NCBI GenBank assembly: GCA_963737265.1
Contig: CAVTRY010000008.1
Location: forward strand, 1,446 to 65,445
Reading direction: 5' to 3'
DNA from: an uncultured delta proteobacterium
GTDB taxonomy: Bacteria; Myxococcota_A; Polyangia; Fen-1088
DNA length: 64,000 bases
A program made the translations under genes and the position numbers. The notes below the pieces were generated by a model that ran no database searches, was not told the origin of the DNA, and saw only the letters and a program-made list of their open reading frames with translations. Positions 56,363 to 64,000 of the stretch are shown here, in pieces; position 1 is the stretch's first letter; every line of letters begins with the position of its first letter.

Positions 56363-57341
56363 ACACCTTGCCCTTTGGTGGGGCCAGGTATTTGCGCAGG
56401 AAACCGGCGAGCAGATTCGCGGTCCCGCAGATTGGGGAACAGGAGAAAACCCCCTGAACAATGACCAATTCTCCCGCATCACCATCGCCAACGACCCTGA
56501 CCGCACCCTCGTGAGCGTCGAAGGTGCGTACGGTCCCCCGGTGCCGAAGGAAGACTTCCCTCTTTCCTTTCCGAAAGGTAGCCACGCTGGCACGCCGGCC
56601 GTCATAGACAATCCAGCACGGGCCTAGCGTGCTCAGAATGGCGGCCGCCACGGCTATGACCGTTGCGTACGTTGGAAGAAAAACAAATGGGAAGAAGGCT
56701 ATCCCCGGCGCTGTCAGCATGGCTACCCCCACGCCCACGACCCATTGGCGCGCACTGCCGAAGTTGGCGATGGAGACGCTGTTCTCGTCGTACCCGACAA
56801 CATCGGCTCCGGATTCGGCCAACAAGGGAAGAAAACTTCTTTCGGAATCCTCGCCCAGCGACGCTCCTAAAAAGCGTTCGAGGATCGCCGAGGCTTCGAC
56901 CCGTTCGACCTCGTCTGAGGTCACACGTGCGGGAACAGACGCAGTCGGGAAATCCCAGTCCGCTGGGGAGCAGCCATGTGGAAGTTCGATGGTCCACTGA
57001 CCATCCCCCAGATCTATGAACATGCTTCTGGTTCCGCGTTTCAGCACGAGAAAACGCCGACCACGATCGGCTAGCCAAATGAGGAAGAACGTCGGGAACG
57101 CCCCAAGTAGGAGCCAAGGAATCGAAGGCCCGAGCTTGGAATCCACCCATCTGGCAATCACCAAAAAGAGCGCAAGGAGAAACCAGAACATCGTAAACCA
57201 CGCCGCCTTGGCGATGGCGGGAGCCGTCAAGGGAAACACAATCTCGTCGTCGCTGATCTTCTTGATGCGGTAGCAGCGGCGCAAAAGCGCCTTCTCGTCT
57301 TCCGTGAGATGAGCCGCTGGTGTTTGTGCCCCGTCTGACAT
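56346..57341 (-). CDS. multi-pass membrane protein (candidate immunity protein for D')
   Basis: 331 aa with several TM helices (WFTMFWFLLALFLVIA; WLLLGAFPTFFLIWL; VGVGVAMLTAPGIAFFPFVFL; TVIAVAAAILSTL). Convergent with D', overlapping it by 17 nt. Confidence 0.55.
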   Translation of the reverse strand: MSDGAQTPAAHLTEDEKALLRRCYRIKKISDDEIVFPLTAPAIAKAAWFTMFWFLLALFLVIARWVDSKLGPSIPWLLLGAFPTFFLIWLADRGRRFLVLKRGTRSMFIDLGDGQWTIELPHGCSPADWDFPTASVPARVTSDEVERVEASAILERFLGASLGEDSERSFLPLLAESGADVVGYDENSVSIANFGSARQWVVGVGVAMLTAPGIAFFPFVFLPTYATVIAVAAAILSTLGPCWIVYDGRRASVATFRKGKREVFLRHRGTVRTFDAHEGAVRVVGDGDAGELVIVQGVFSCSPICGTANLLAGFLRKYLAPPKGKVSTPGS

Positions 57342-57483
57342 GGCTGCTGCGCCCCAGGCCGGATTTTGCGCACGATTCGCGATGGAGACAAGACAATCCC
57401 CCGCAACGAGAATTCACCGACCGGCGCGAGCCAGCGCCGGTCCCAAGCCACGAGACGAAGTGAGTCGGGATGCGGATCCGGGT

Positions 57484-57735
57484 GTCACACGCCGGCCGTG
57501 TAGGCCCCGCAGCTCAGCGGAAGGGCTCACCCGGCGGCCGGGTAAGGTCCGCAGCTCAGCGGAGGCGCTCACCCGGCGGCTGGGTAAGGTACGCAGCTGG
57601 GCGGATCTGCTTACCCGACGGCCGGGTAAGCTCCGCAGCTCAGCGGATCCGCTCATCCGCCGGCCGGGTAGGGTCCGCAGCCCAACGGATCTGCTTACAA
57701 GGCGGCCGGGTGACCTTTTCCGCCGACCGGCGGGT
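57484..57735. repeat. 42-bp tandem repeat (~5.5 copies)
   Basis: Units such as CTCACCCGGCGGCCGGGTAAGGTCCGCAGCTCAGCGGAGGCG, each carrying ACCCGGC-G-GCCGGGT or a close variant. The 57340-57834 ORF with RRPGKVRSSAE repeats is its translation. Confidence 0.85.
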
Positions 57736-57924
57736 GCGTCTTGGGCCGCCGGTCAAGCGCTCGGCGTCACGGGTTGGTTCGAGCGAGCGAGTGCGTGCCT
57801 ATCTCCCGCGTCGGGGTTAGCATGTCGCGGCTAAGATATACGTGAACCCGCGGCCCGCGCGCCGAGGTGGGCTTCGGTTTCAGCCACCGACCAAATCGAC
57901 GAATATCCCACAGAGCCGACCACC

Positions 57925-58833
57925 ATGAGACTACCCGCAGCCTTGCTCTTCCTCATCGCCAGTCATCCCGGTCATCCCGCCAACGCCGGCGTGCCCAACG
58001 CCGTGGCCATCGCGGTGGACACCACCGGCCTCGGCCAGAAAATCGCGGCGCCGGTGCGGGATGGCATCGCGGCCCAGGTCTTGGATGGCCTTCGCGCTGC
58101 CAACATCGATTTCATCCCCACCGAGGAAACGAAGATCGTTGCGCGGATAGTGGATTGCGCTGGGATCGAGTGCCTTCGCAATATCGCCAAGTCCGCCAAC
58201 CTGGATTGGGTGGTGCAAGTTCGGGTGCGGGCCAGAGAAGCAACCAAGAAGGGCAAGTCTGACTACGTGGTCTCGATCGCCGTGGTAGGCGATGCGCCCG
58301 ATCGCGGTGCATGGCACGAGGAAGCCGACTGCCCCGGTTGCGAGGGCGGCGAGATCGAGCACATGGCTTCACTGATGGCGGGGGAGATCGCTGGACACAT
58401 TAAGGTCGATGCTCCGCCAGCCAGCACCGCGCCCGCGCCGGCAAAGGCGCCTTCCGTGGTGGCAACGCAGCCGGCACCGTTGCAAGCACCGCCGCCGCCA
58501 GCGACCTTCGTAAAGCCACCGCTACCAGCGCCGGAGCCTGCCTGGTACGTGCCGCAGTATTGGTGGGTGGGTACGCTCGCGGGCGGGGCGGTGTTGGCGG
58601 GGGCGGGTGTTTATCTGCTGCACATCGACGGGCGAGGCACCTGCGACTTGGCCGCGCCGAACCAACAATGCGCGGAGAAGTACAAGACGCAGGGCCTTGG
58701 CATCGGCATGGTGGCCGGTGGTGGTTTGGCATTGCTCGGCGGACTTGCGGGGCTGACCCTTTTCGCACCTCCCGCGGGCAGCACGGGCATTGGATTCGAT
58801 GGCTCTTCAATCTCGATCTCGGGGGAATTCTGA
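57925..58833 (+). CDS. cassette 4 protein A
   Basis: 302 aa, near-identical to A2 and A3. Confidence 0.7.
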   Translation: MRLPAALLFLIASHPGHPANAGVPNAVAIAVDTTGLGQKIAAPVRDGIAAQVLDGLRAANIDFIPTEETKIVARIVDCAGIECLRNIAKSANLDWVVQVRVRAREATKKGKSDYVVSIAVVGDAPDRGAWHEEADCPGCEGGEIEHMASLMAGEIAGHIKVDAPPASTAPAPAKAPSVVATQPAPLQAPPPPATFVKPPLPAPEPAWYVPQYWWVGTLAGGAVLAGAGVYLLHIDGRGTCDLAAPNQQCAEKYKTQGLGIGMVAGGGLALLGGLAGLTLFAPPAGSTGIGFDGSSISISGEF

Positions 58834-60862
58834 TGTGGTCACAAAGCGCAACACGCGGACTTCTTCTGGTGGCAATGCTGACAGCGGGTTGCACGGAGCG
58901 GAATCCCGACTACTGCGCCAAGAACAGCGATTGCAGCGGTCATCGCATCTGCGATGTCGTTCGAGCAACCTGCGTGTCGCCGACGCCGCCGTTGCGCCGG
59001 TGGTCGACGCGGGCGTCGCCGACGTGGCCGCGGATACTGCCGTGGACTCGCCGGTAGTGGTCGACGGCGGCGGATCTCCTGTCGACGGCGGCGGATCTCC
59101 TGTCGACGCATCGACGCCGGTGGAGGTCGCGCAGACCAGCGAGGCTGGGCGCCCAGTCGATGGTCGCGTGGCTGATGCTGCCTTGCCGGACGTTTACGTT
59201 CCGGATGGACGGGGAACCTGCGGGGTGAACGGCGACTGCACCGATCCGACGAAGGTGTTTTGCGTGGCGGGCGTGTGCGTGGGATGCCAGGGAGCGGGCG
59301 CGACTGCGTGCGGGGCGCAGGCGTGCGATACGGTTTCGGGGAAATGCGTGGAATGCGTCGCCGATACTGGCTGCACGAAAGATCCGGCAAAGGGTTTCTG
59401 CGTGCTGAATGCTTGCACGGCTTGCAGTACCACGGGGGCAACCGGCTGCGCCCTGCGTTCGGACGGGAGGACGGCTTGCGCACCTAGCGGAGCCTCGGCC
59501 GGTCAGTGCGTGGAATGCATCGCGGATGCCGGCTGCACGAAAGACCCGGCGAAGGCATTCTGCGTGGCCAACGCCTGCACGGGCTGCGGTACCAGCGGGG
59601 CGACCGGCTGTGCCGCGCGCACGGATGGGAAGACGTCCTGTGCGGCTAGCGGAGCCTCCGCGGGCCAGTGCGTGGAGTGTCTCGCCGACACGGGCTGCAC
59701 GAAAGACCCGACGAAGGGCTTCTGCGTGGCCAACGCCTGCACCGGCTGCAACACGCCCGGCGCGACGAGCTGTACCGGGCGAACCGACGGCAAGCTCGTC
59801 TGCTCAACCAGCGGAACGGCCGCTGGTCAATGCGTGGAATGCTCCGGAGACAGCCAGTGCACCTCCAGTGTGGCCAAGGGCTTCTGCGTGGCGAACGCCT
59901 GCACCGGTTGCAACACCCCAGGCGCGACAGGCTGTGCGGCGCGGACCGACGGCAAGGCCGTCTGTGCCGCCGCCGGGACCTTGGCCGGGCAATGCGTGGC
60001 CTGCGCATCCAGCGGCGATTGCAAGGTCGCGACGAGCCCAATCTGCACTGCCGTCAACGTCTGCGTCGCCTGCACGGCGGACAGCCAGTGCGTGGCAAAG
60101 CTCGGCGCGACAGGAAACCCGGGCGTGTGCATGAGCAACCTCGACGGCCATTGCGCGACCGATGCGGAGACGGTCTACGTGCAAAACGTGACCGGGTGTT
60201 CGAATAGCCTGACCAGCGGGACTGCGGCGGCGCCCTTCTGCGATGCCACGATCGGCGTGAACGCAGCCGTGAGCACCAACGGAAAGATCCTGGCCGTACT
60301 GGCCGGGGCCTTGAGCAGTTTCTCGGTATCGGCACCGGCGAAGCCACTCACCATCGTCGGAAAGGCCGCGACGGTAACCCCGGCTGCCTTCAGCGACGGC
60401 ATCGACGTCACGGCCGGCGAGGTGTACCTGCGTGGCATCACGGTGCAAGGAAGCCCGAGCGCGGGAACCAAGATCGGCATCAACGCCGGCACCGGCGTCA
60501 CCCTGCACATGGACACCTGCTCCATCGTCGGCAACCCCGGCGGAGGCATCCTGCTCAACGGCGCCGCCTTCGACATCGAGAACACGACCGTCACAGGGAA
60601 TGGGCCGGGGACGTTTAGTGGACTTCCATGGGGTGGTGTCCTTATACAAAACATTCCCGCAAGCGGCCCGACGACGCTCAACCTGGTGACGGTTCAGAAC
60701 AATAATGGCGGCGGTGTAGCCTGCTCCGGTGCCATCACCGGCACCGGTGTCTTGGCCACAGGGAATACCAATACCGTGAGCCAAATCGGCGCAACCTGCG
60801 GCTTCACCTCCTGCTCCACCTCCGCCGCCAGCTCCACCTGCGGCGCGCAGAGCACCCCCTGA
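58833..60862 (+). pseudogene. cassette 4 protein B, frameshifted after ~49 codons
   Basis: The signal/lipobox exon frame (58833-59057) and the body frame (58790-60862) differ by one base. TGCGTGTCGCC-GACGCC at 58971-58986 lacks one C compared with B2 and B3 (TGCGTGTCGCCCGACGCC). Confidence 0.75.
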
Positions 60863-60878
60863 CCAAGGCGAGTCTTCC

Positions 60879-61991
60879 ATGGGCAAGGTCTTTATCAACG
60901 GTCGCCTCGCCGTCTGGAAAAACGGCCCCGGCATGTCCATCGCCTTCCCCGACGTGTGCCTGTGCCCGCCAGGTCCACCCGCGGGTCCTGTCCCCGTTCC
61001 GCTCACCAACACCGTCACCGCCCAAGATCTCGTCAACTGCGCCGCCACCGTCTTCGTCTACGGCCAGCCCGTCGCCCACCGCGATTCCTACTTCGCCAAG
61101 TCCACCGGCAACGAGGTATCCCGCAACACCGGCGGCGGCATCACCAGCCACGCCGTGCAAGGCAAAGCCTACTTCGGCAGCTACTCACCCAACGTCCTCA
61201 TCGAAGGCAAGCCAGCCGTCCGCCACCTCGACCTCGTCACCCACAACCACCTCGACCCGATGCCCACCAACTGCCCGCCCGCCGTCTGGGTCTCCGAAGC
61301 CAGCCCCGACCTGCCGCCGCCAATCCCCAAGAACAAGACCAACGTTCTTCAGGAAGGCACGGACTGGATCGAGATCTCCTTGGTGGACGAAGCCGACGAA
61401 CCCATCCCGTACACGCCGTTTCGCTTCAAGACACCAAGGCAAGCCTTGGTCGAGGGCCGTTTCCTGTGGGGAGGGAAGCTGACCATTCGCAAAATGGCCC
61501 AGGGACGGTGCGAGCTGGTTCTGCCGGAAGTCGATGCTATAGCCAACCCAGCCAATCCAAACTCGTCCGCCCGCGCCCCGGCGAACACGATTCGCTATCG
61601 TCCGGGGCAGCCGCTCTTGCTCGTGTCGGGGAAAAGCTACCGTGTGTTCGTCGCGCAAATGCGAACGCTGTTTGTCGAGCTGCCCCTTCCCCCATCGGCG
61701 TCGAAAGCCGACCGCTACACCTTGCGAAGCGATGACGGCACGTACGGCGTGTCCAAGACCGTCGCCAACGATCTGGTGAAGGAAGACGACATCCTGACCC
61801 TGGCGTTCCCGAAAGTGATCGCAGGGCCGAAGTACGCCCTGGCCCACGACGACTGCGCCGGACACTCTCATGACATCTTCGCCGGGTTGACCTTCGACGA
61901 GCTGTTCCCGAAAGAACCGTGCTCGCCTTATGACGAGCCGGTGGCGGCCACCGATCTACGATTTGGCGTTGGGCACCGCAGAAACGGATAG
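60879..61991 (+). CDS. cassette 4 protein C (PAAR-like DUF4150)
   Basis: 370 aa, a few substitutions away from C1 and C2. Confidence 0.85.
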   Translation: MGKVFINGRLAVWKNGPGMSIAFPDVCLCPPGPPAGPVPVPLTNTVTAQDLVNCAATVFVYGQPVAHRDSYFAKSTGNEVSRNTGGGITSHAVQGKAYFGSYSPNVLIEGKPAVRHLDLVTHNHLDPMPTNCPPAVWVSEASPDLPPPIPKNKTNVLQEGTDWIEISLVDEADEPIPYTPFRFKTPRQALVEGRFLWGGKLTIRKMAQGRCELVLPEVDAIANPANPNSSARAPANTIRYRPGQPLLLVSGKSYRVFVAQMRTLFVELPLPPSASKADRYTLRSDDGTYGVSKTVANDLVKEDDILTLAFPKVIAGPKYALAHDDCAGHSHDIFAGLTFDELFPKEPCSPYDEPVAATDLRFGVGHRRNG

Positions 61992-61995
61992 GACC

Positions 61996-63945
61996 ATGGC
62001 CAGGCACAAGATCGACTTCGAGGAAGAAGACCCCAAGCCCAACTGGCGCTACGAGGTCAAGCCCCGGCTTTACACGCCACCTGGCCAGAAGCCGCCGCCG
62101 CTGGCCAACAAGAACGGCCCGACGCGGGCCGTGGTTCGCGTAGCGCCCGCGGATCGGCGGCTGGACAACGAGACCCCTGCCGATCCGCAGTCTCCCGACA
62201 TCACCGGTAGATACCAGAGCGAGGGCGCCAAGGAGGCGTCAGGCAAGCCCGCCTTCCTTCTGCACGTGAACCAGGCCGGCAAGCACGTCGAGGCCTTGCT
62301 GGTGCGGCTGCCGCACGGACATCAGCATGGCTCGATCGCGCAGCAGCGGTTCTATGCGGACCTGAAGGGGGACGGCGTGTTCGCCGCGAGCACGCCCACC
62401 GTAGCCGAGGGAGCCACGGTCGAGGGTGTGTCCGGCGAGCTTCGCCAGCAGGGCGAGGAATTGATCGTCAACTTGCCGGTCTGGGATGGCCTGGACGGGA
62501 CCACTTTTCATCTGCGCGACAAGCGCGCGACCTTTCTCGATCAATCGTTGGATTTCTTGATCGAAGCACAGGACGCCATTGTCGGCGCGAACGAGGCCAT
62601 TAGGAAACTGATCGAAAGCACGGAAGAGCAGCCTCTTTCCGATGCCCAAAGAAGCCGTCTGCGCCAGGTGTTCGCCCCGGAGGAGATCAACCCTCTTCTC
62701 AAGGCCTACTACGACTCCAGCTCGGCCGATAGATCGAGCGCTCTGGCCGACCGTCTGAGGCTGGCGGAGAGGCTGGACGGCTATGTTCGGGATGCACTCG
62801 ACCAGTCGAGGTGGGCCGCACAGCAAGAGCCGCAGGTCCTCGAATACGTCCGAACCATCTTGGCCACTCAGCGTGCCGACATGAACCAGAGCCGGCGCTC
62901 CGAACTGGAGTGGATCGAAGCCATCGTCGCGGACTCTTTCGATACCAAGAAAGCGCTGGTGACGGGATACGACGGCGTTTTCGACTGGAGCAAATTTCTG
63001 CCAAACTTGCGTCGCCTGCTGGGCACCTCGGAGCCCCTCAGAGATGGTGCTGTTCGCGAGTATCGAGTCGTGGTCGACCTGAAAGCCCACGATACCTCGC
63101 CCAAGAAATTCGGTCTGGCGCCGTTTCACCTGCGAGCATATGAGGGAACCATCGATATCACCCAGCTCCCATCGTCCGCCGACAAGGGCTGGTTTCACCG
63201 CTATAAGATAATCCTCGTGGGTGGTGCTGCGATTTTGGGCAAGGGCGGCGCGGAAGCCGTCGAGGCAAAAGGTTCGTTCAAGTCGAGCACCAACTGGACT
63301 CCCGCCGACTTTCCAGGGTGGGTGCTTCTTCATGATGGCGGGGCCTGGGCCGGAAAGAAACCGCCCAACGCGAAAGGGACTCTTGGTGTCGGCCACCGAG
63401 AGGTGGTCCTGGTTCTGAAAGGCCGGGGCAACCATCGCGAGCAACTGTTTCCACTCGAAGGTGCTGATGCGCTTCGTGAAGGAATTGGTACCGAGTACTC
63501 GTTCACGTGGGGAAGAATCTACGACCTGGACACGGACCTGTCCGAAATCGACTACAGCCGTCCGATGAAGCACTCGGAACGAGTTGTGACGACGCGAACA
63601 GGGGACAACGTGCACTTCGAGTTCGGGAGCGCCCTGCTCAAAGGCGCCGGGCGATATCAGGTGCGGGTATTGTGCGCGATTTGGTTGCGCTGGTTGGAAT
63701 CCGCGAGAAGCACCCTTCGCATCGTTGGCCACGCCGACACGGTGGATACGAAACGGCGCAACGACGAGCTTTCTCTCATGCGCGCCACGAATGTCGTCCG
63801 GGCGATCGAGGGCATTCTTGGCCCCAAGCTCGCAATTCCGGATATCAAGCCCCTGGGGCTAGGGAAACAAGAAGCCGACGAGGACAAAGCAGCCAGGGAA
63901 AGGGGTTCATCGCGCGTTCGGGTGATTGCGAAGGCAACGGCGTAG
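61996..63945 (+). CDS. cassette 4 protein D, mosaic and 3'-truncated variant
   Basis: The N-terminal ~200 aa match D1 and D2, and aa ~205-400 are strongly diverged. The OmpA-like region is present, but similarity stops at ..EDKAARER| (about nt 63904) and is replaced by GSSRVRVIAKATA*. No E gene follows. Confidence 0.6.
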   Translation: MARHKIDFEEEDPKPNWRYEVKPRLYTPPGQKPPPLANKNGPTRAVVRVAPADRRLDNETPADPQSPDITGRYQSEGAKEASGKPAFLLHVNQAGKHVEALLVRLPHGHQHGSIAQQRFYADLKGDGVFAASTPTVAEGATVEGVSGELRQQGEELIVNLPVWDGLDGTTFHLRDKRATFLDQSLDFLIEAQDAIVGANEAIRKLIESTEEQPLSDAQRSRLRQVFAPEEINPLLKAYYDSSSADRSSALADRLRLAERLDGYVRDALDQSRWAAQQEPQVLEYVRTILATQRADMNQSRRSELEWIEAIVADSFDTKKALVTGYDGVFDWSKFLPNLRRLLGTSEPLRDGAVREYRVVVDLKAHDTSPKKFGLAPFHLRAYEGTIDITQLPSSADKGWFHRYKIILVGGAAILGKGGAEAVEAKGSFKSSTNWTPADFPGWVLLHDGGAWAGKKPPNAKGTLGVGHREVVLVLKGRGNHREQLFPLEGADALREGIGTEYSFTWGRIYDLDTDLSEIDYSRPMKHSERVVTTRTGDNVHFEFGSALLKGAGRYQVRVLCAIWLRWLESARSTLRIVGHADTVDTKRRNDELSLMRATNVVRAIEGILGPKLAIPDIKPLGLGKQEADEDKAARERGSSRVRVIAKATA

Positions 63946-64000
63946 CCGCCGCTCCGGGGGCCGGCAAGGCGCTTCGCGCCTCCTCCGCTTCGCTCCGGCC

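Noticed and set aside
57340-57834. 164-aa ORF with RRPGKVRSSAE(A/G)LT repeats, with similar short ORFs at 42355-42722 and 49374-49767.
   Set aside because: It is a translation of the 42-bp (14-codon) intergenic tandem repeat. Copy number varies between cassettes, and no start or RBS context supports coding.

Overview
High-GC bacterial DNA. I infer a myxobacterial-type origin from the multiple Ser/Thr kinases with TPR tails, the Cys-rich repeat lipoproteins and the overall composition. The window has two parts.

(1) Positions ~1-27.5 kb are an accessory region full of mobile elements. It carries a complete type I-C CRISPR-Cas locus on the minus strand (cas3-cas5-cas8c-cas7-cas4-cas1-cas2, then leader, then array). 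The array uses a 37-bp repeat and was once a single array of about 68 repeats. A 3.5-kb Tn7/Tn5053/Mu-like element (TniA/TniB-like genes, TGT...ACA ends, 5-bp duplication CCGAG) sits inside one repeat and splits the array. An IS21 element cuts the trailer end at the same nucleotide of another repeat. The roughly 24-kb segment holding all of this is bracketed by inverted ~140-bp repeats. One of these lies beside an IS91-family transposase. Further out are inverted, diverged copies of a three-gene module (DUF86/HepT-like, HicB-like, metallophosphoesterase).

(2) Positions ~27.5-64 kb hold two kinase-TM-TPR Ser/Thr kinases, a HEAT-like protein, a DUF2169 protein and a degenerate ketosynthase-like protein. 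These are followed by four tandem 7-8 kb cassettes with a fixed order: membrane protein A, Cys-rich beta-helix lipoprotein B, PAAR-like DUF4150 protein C, OmpA-like protein D, small lipoprotein E.
- The cassettes are mosaic, with >1 kb near-identical tracts beside diverged patches.
- Cassette 3 has swapped the C-terminus of C plus D and E for a different candidate toxin and a membrane protein.
- Cassette 4 has a frameshifted B and a truncated D.
- Cassettes 2-4 are each preceded by a 42-bp palindrome-containing tandem repeat at about 1.5, 2.5 and 5.5 copies.
- No VgrG, Hcp or sheath genes are in the window.

This cassette array is my best candidate for an undescribed system. All family assignments come from motif recognition by eye; no searches were run. 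Start codons are inferred.
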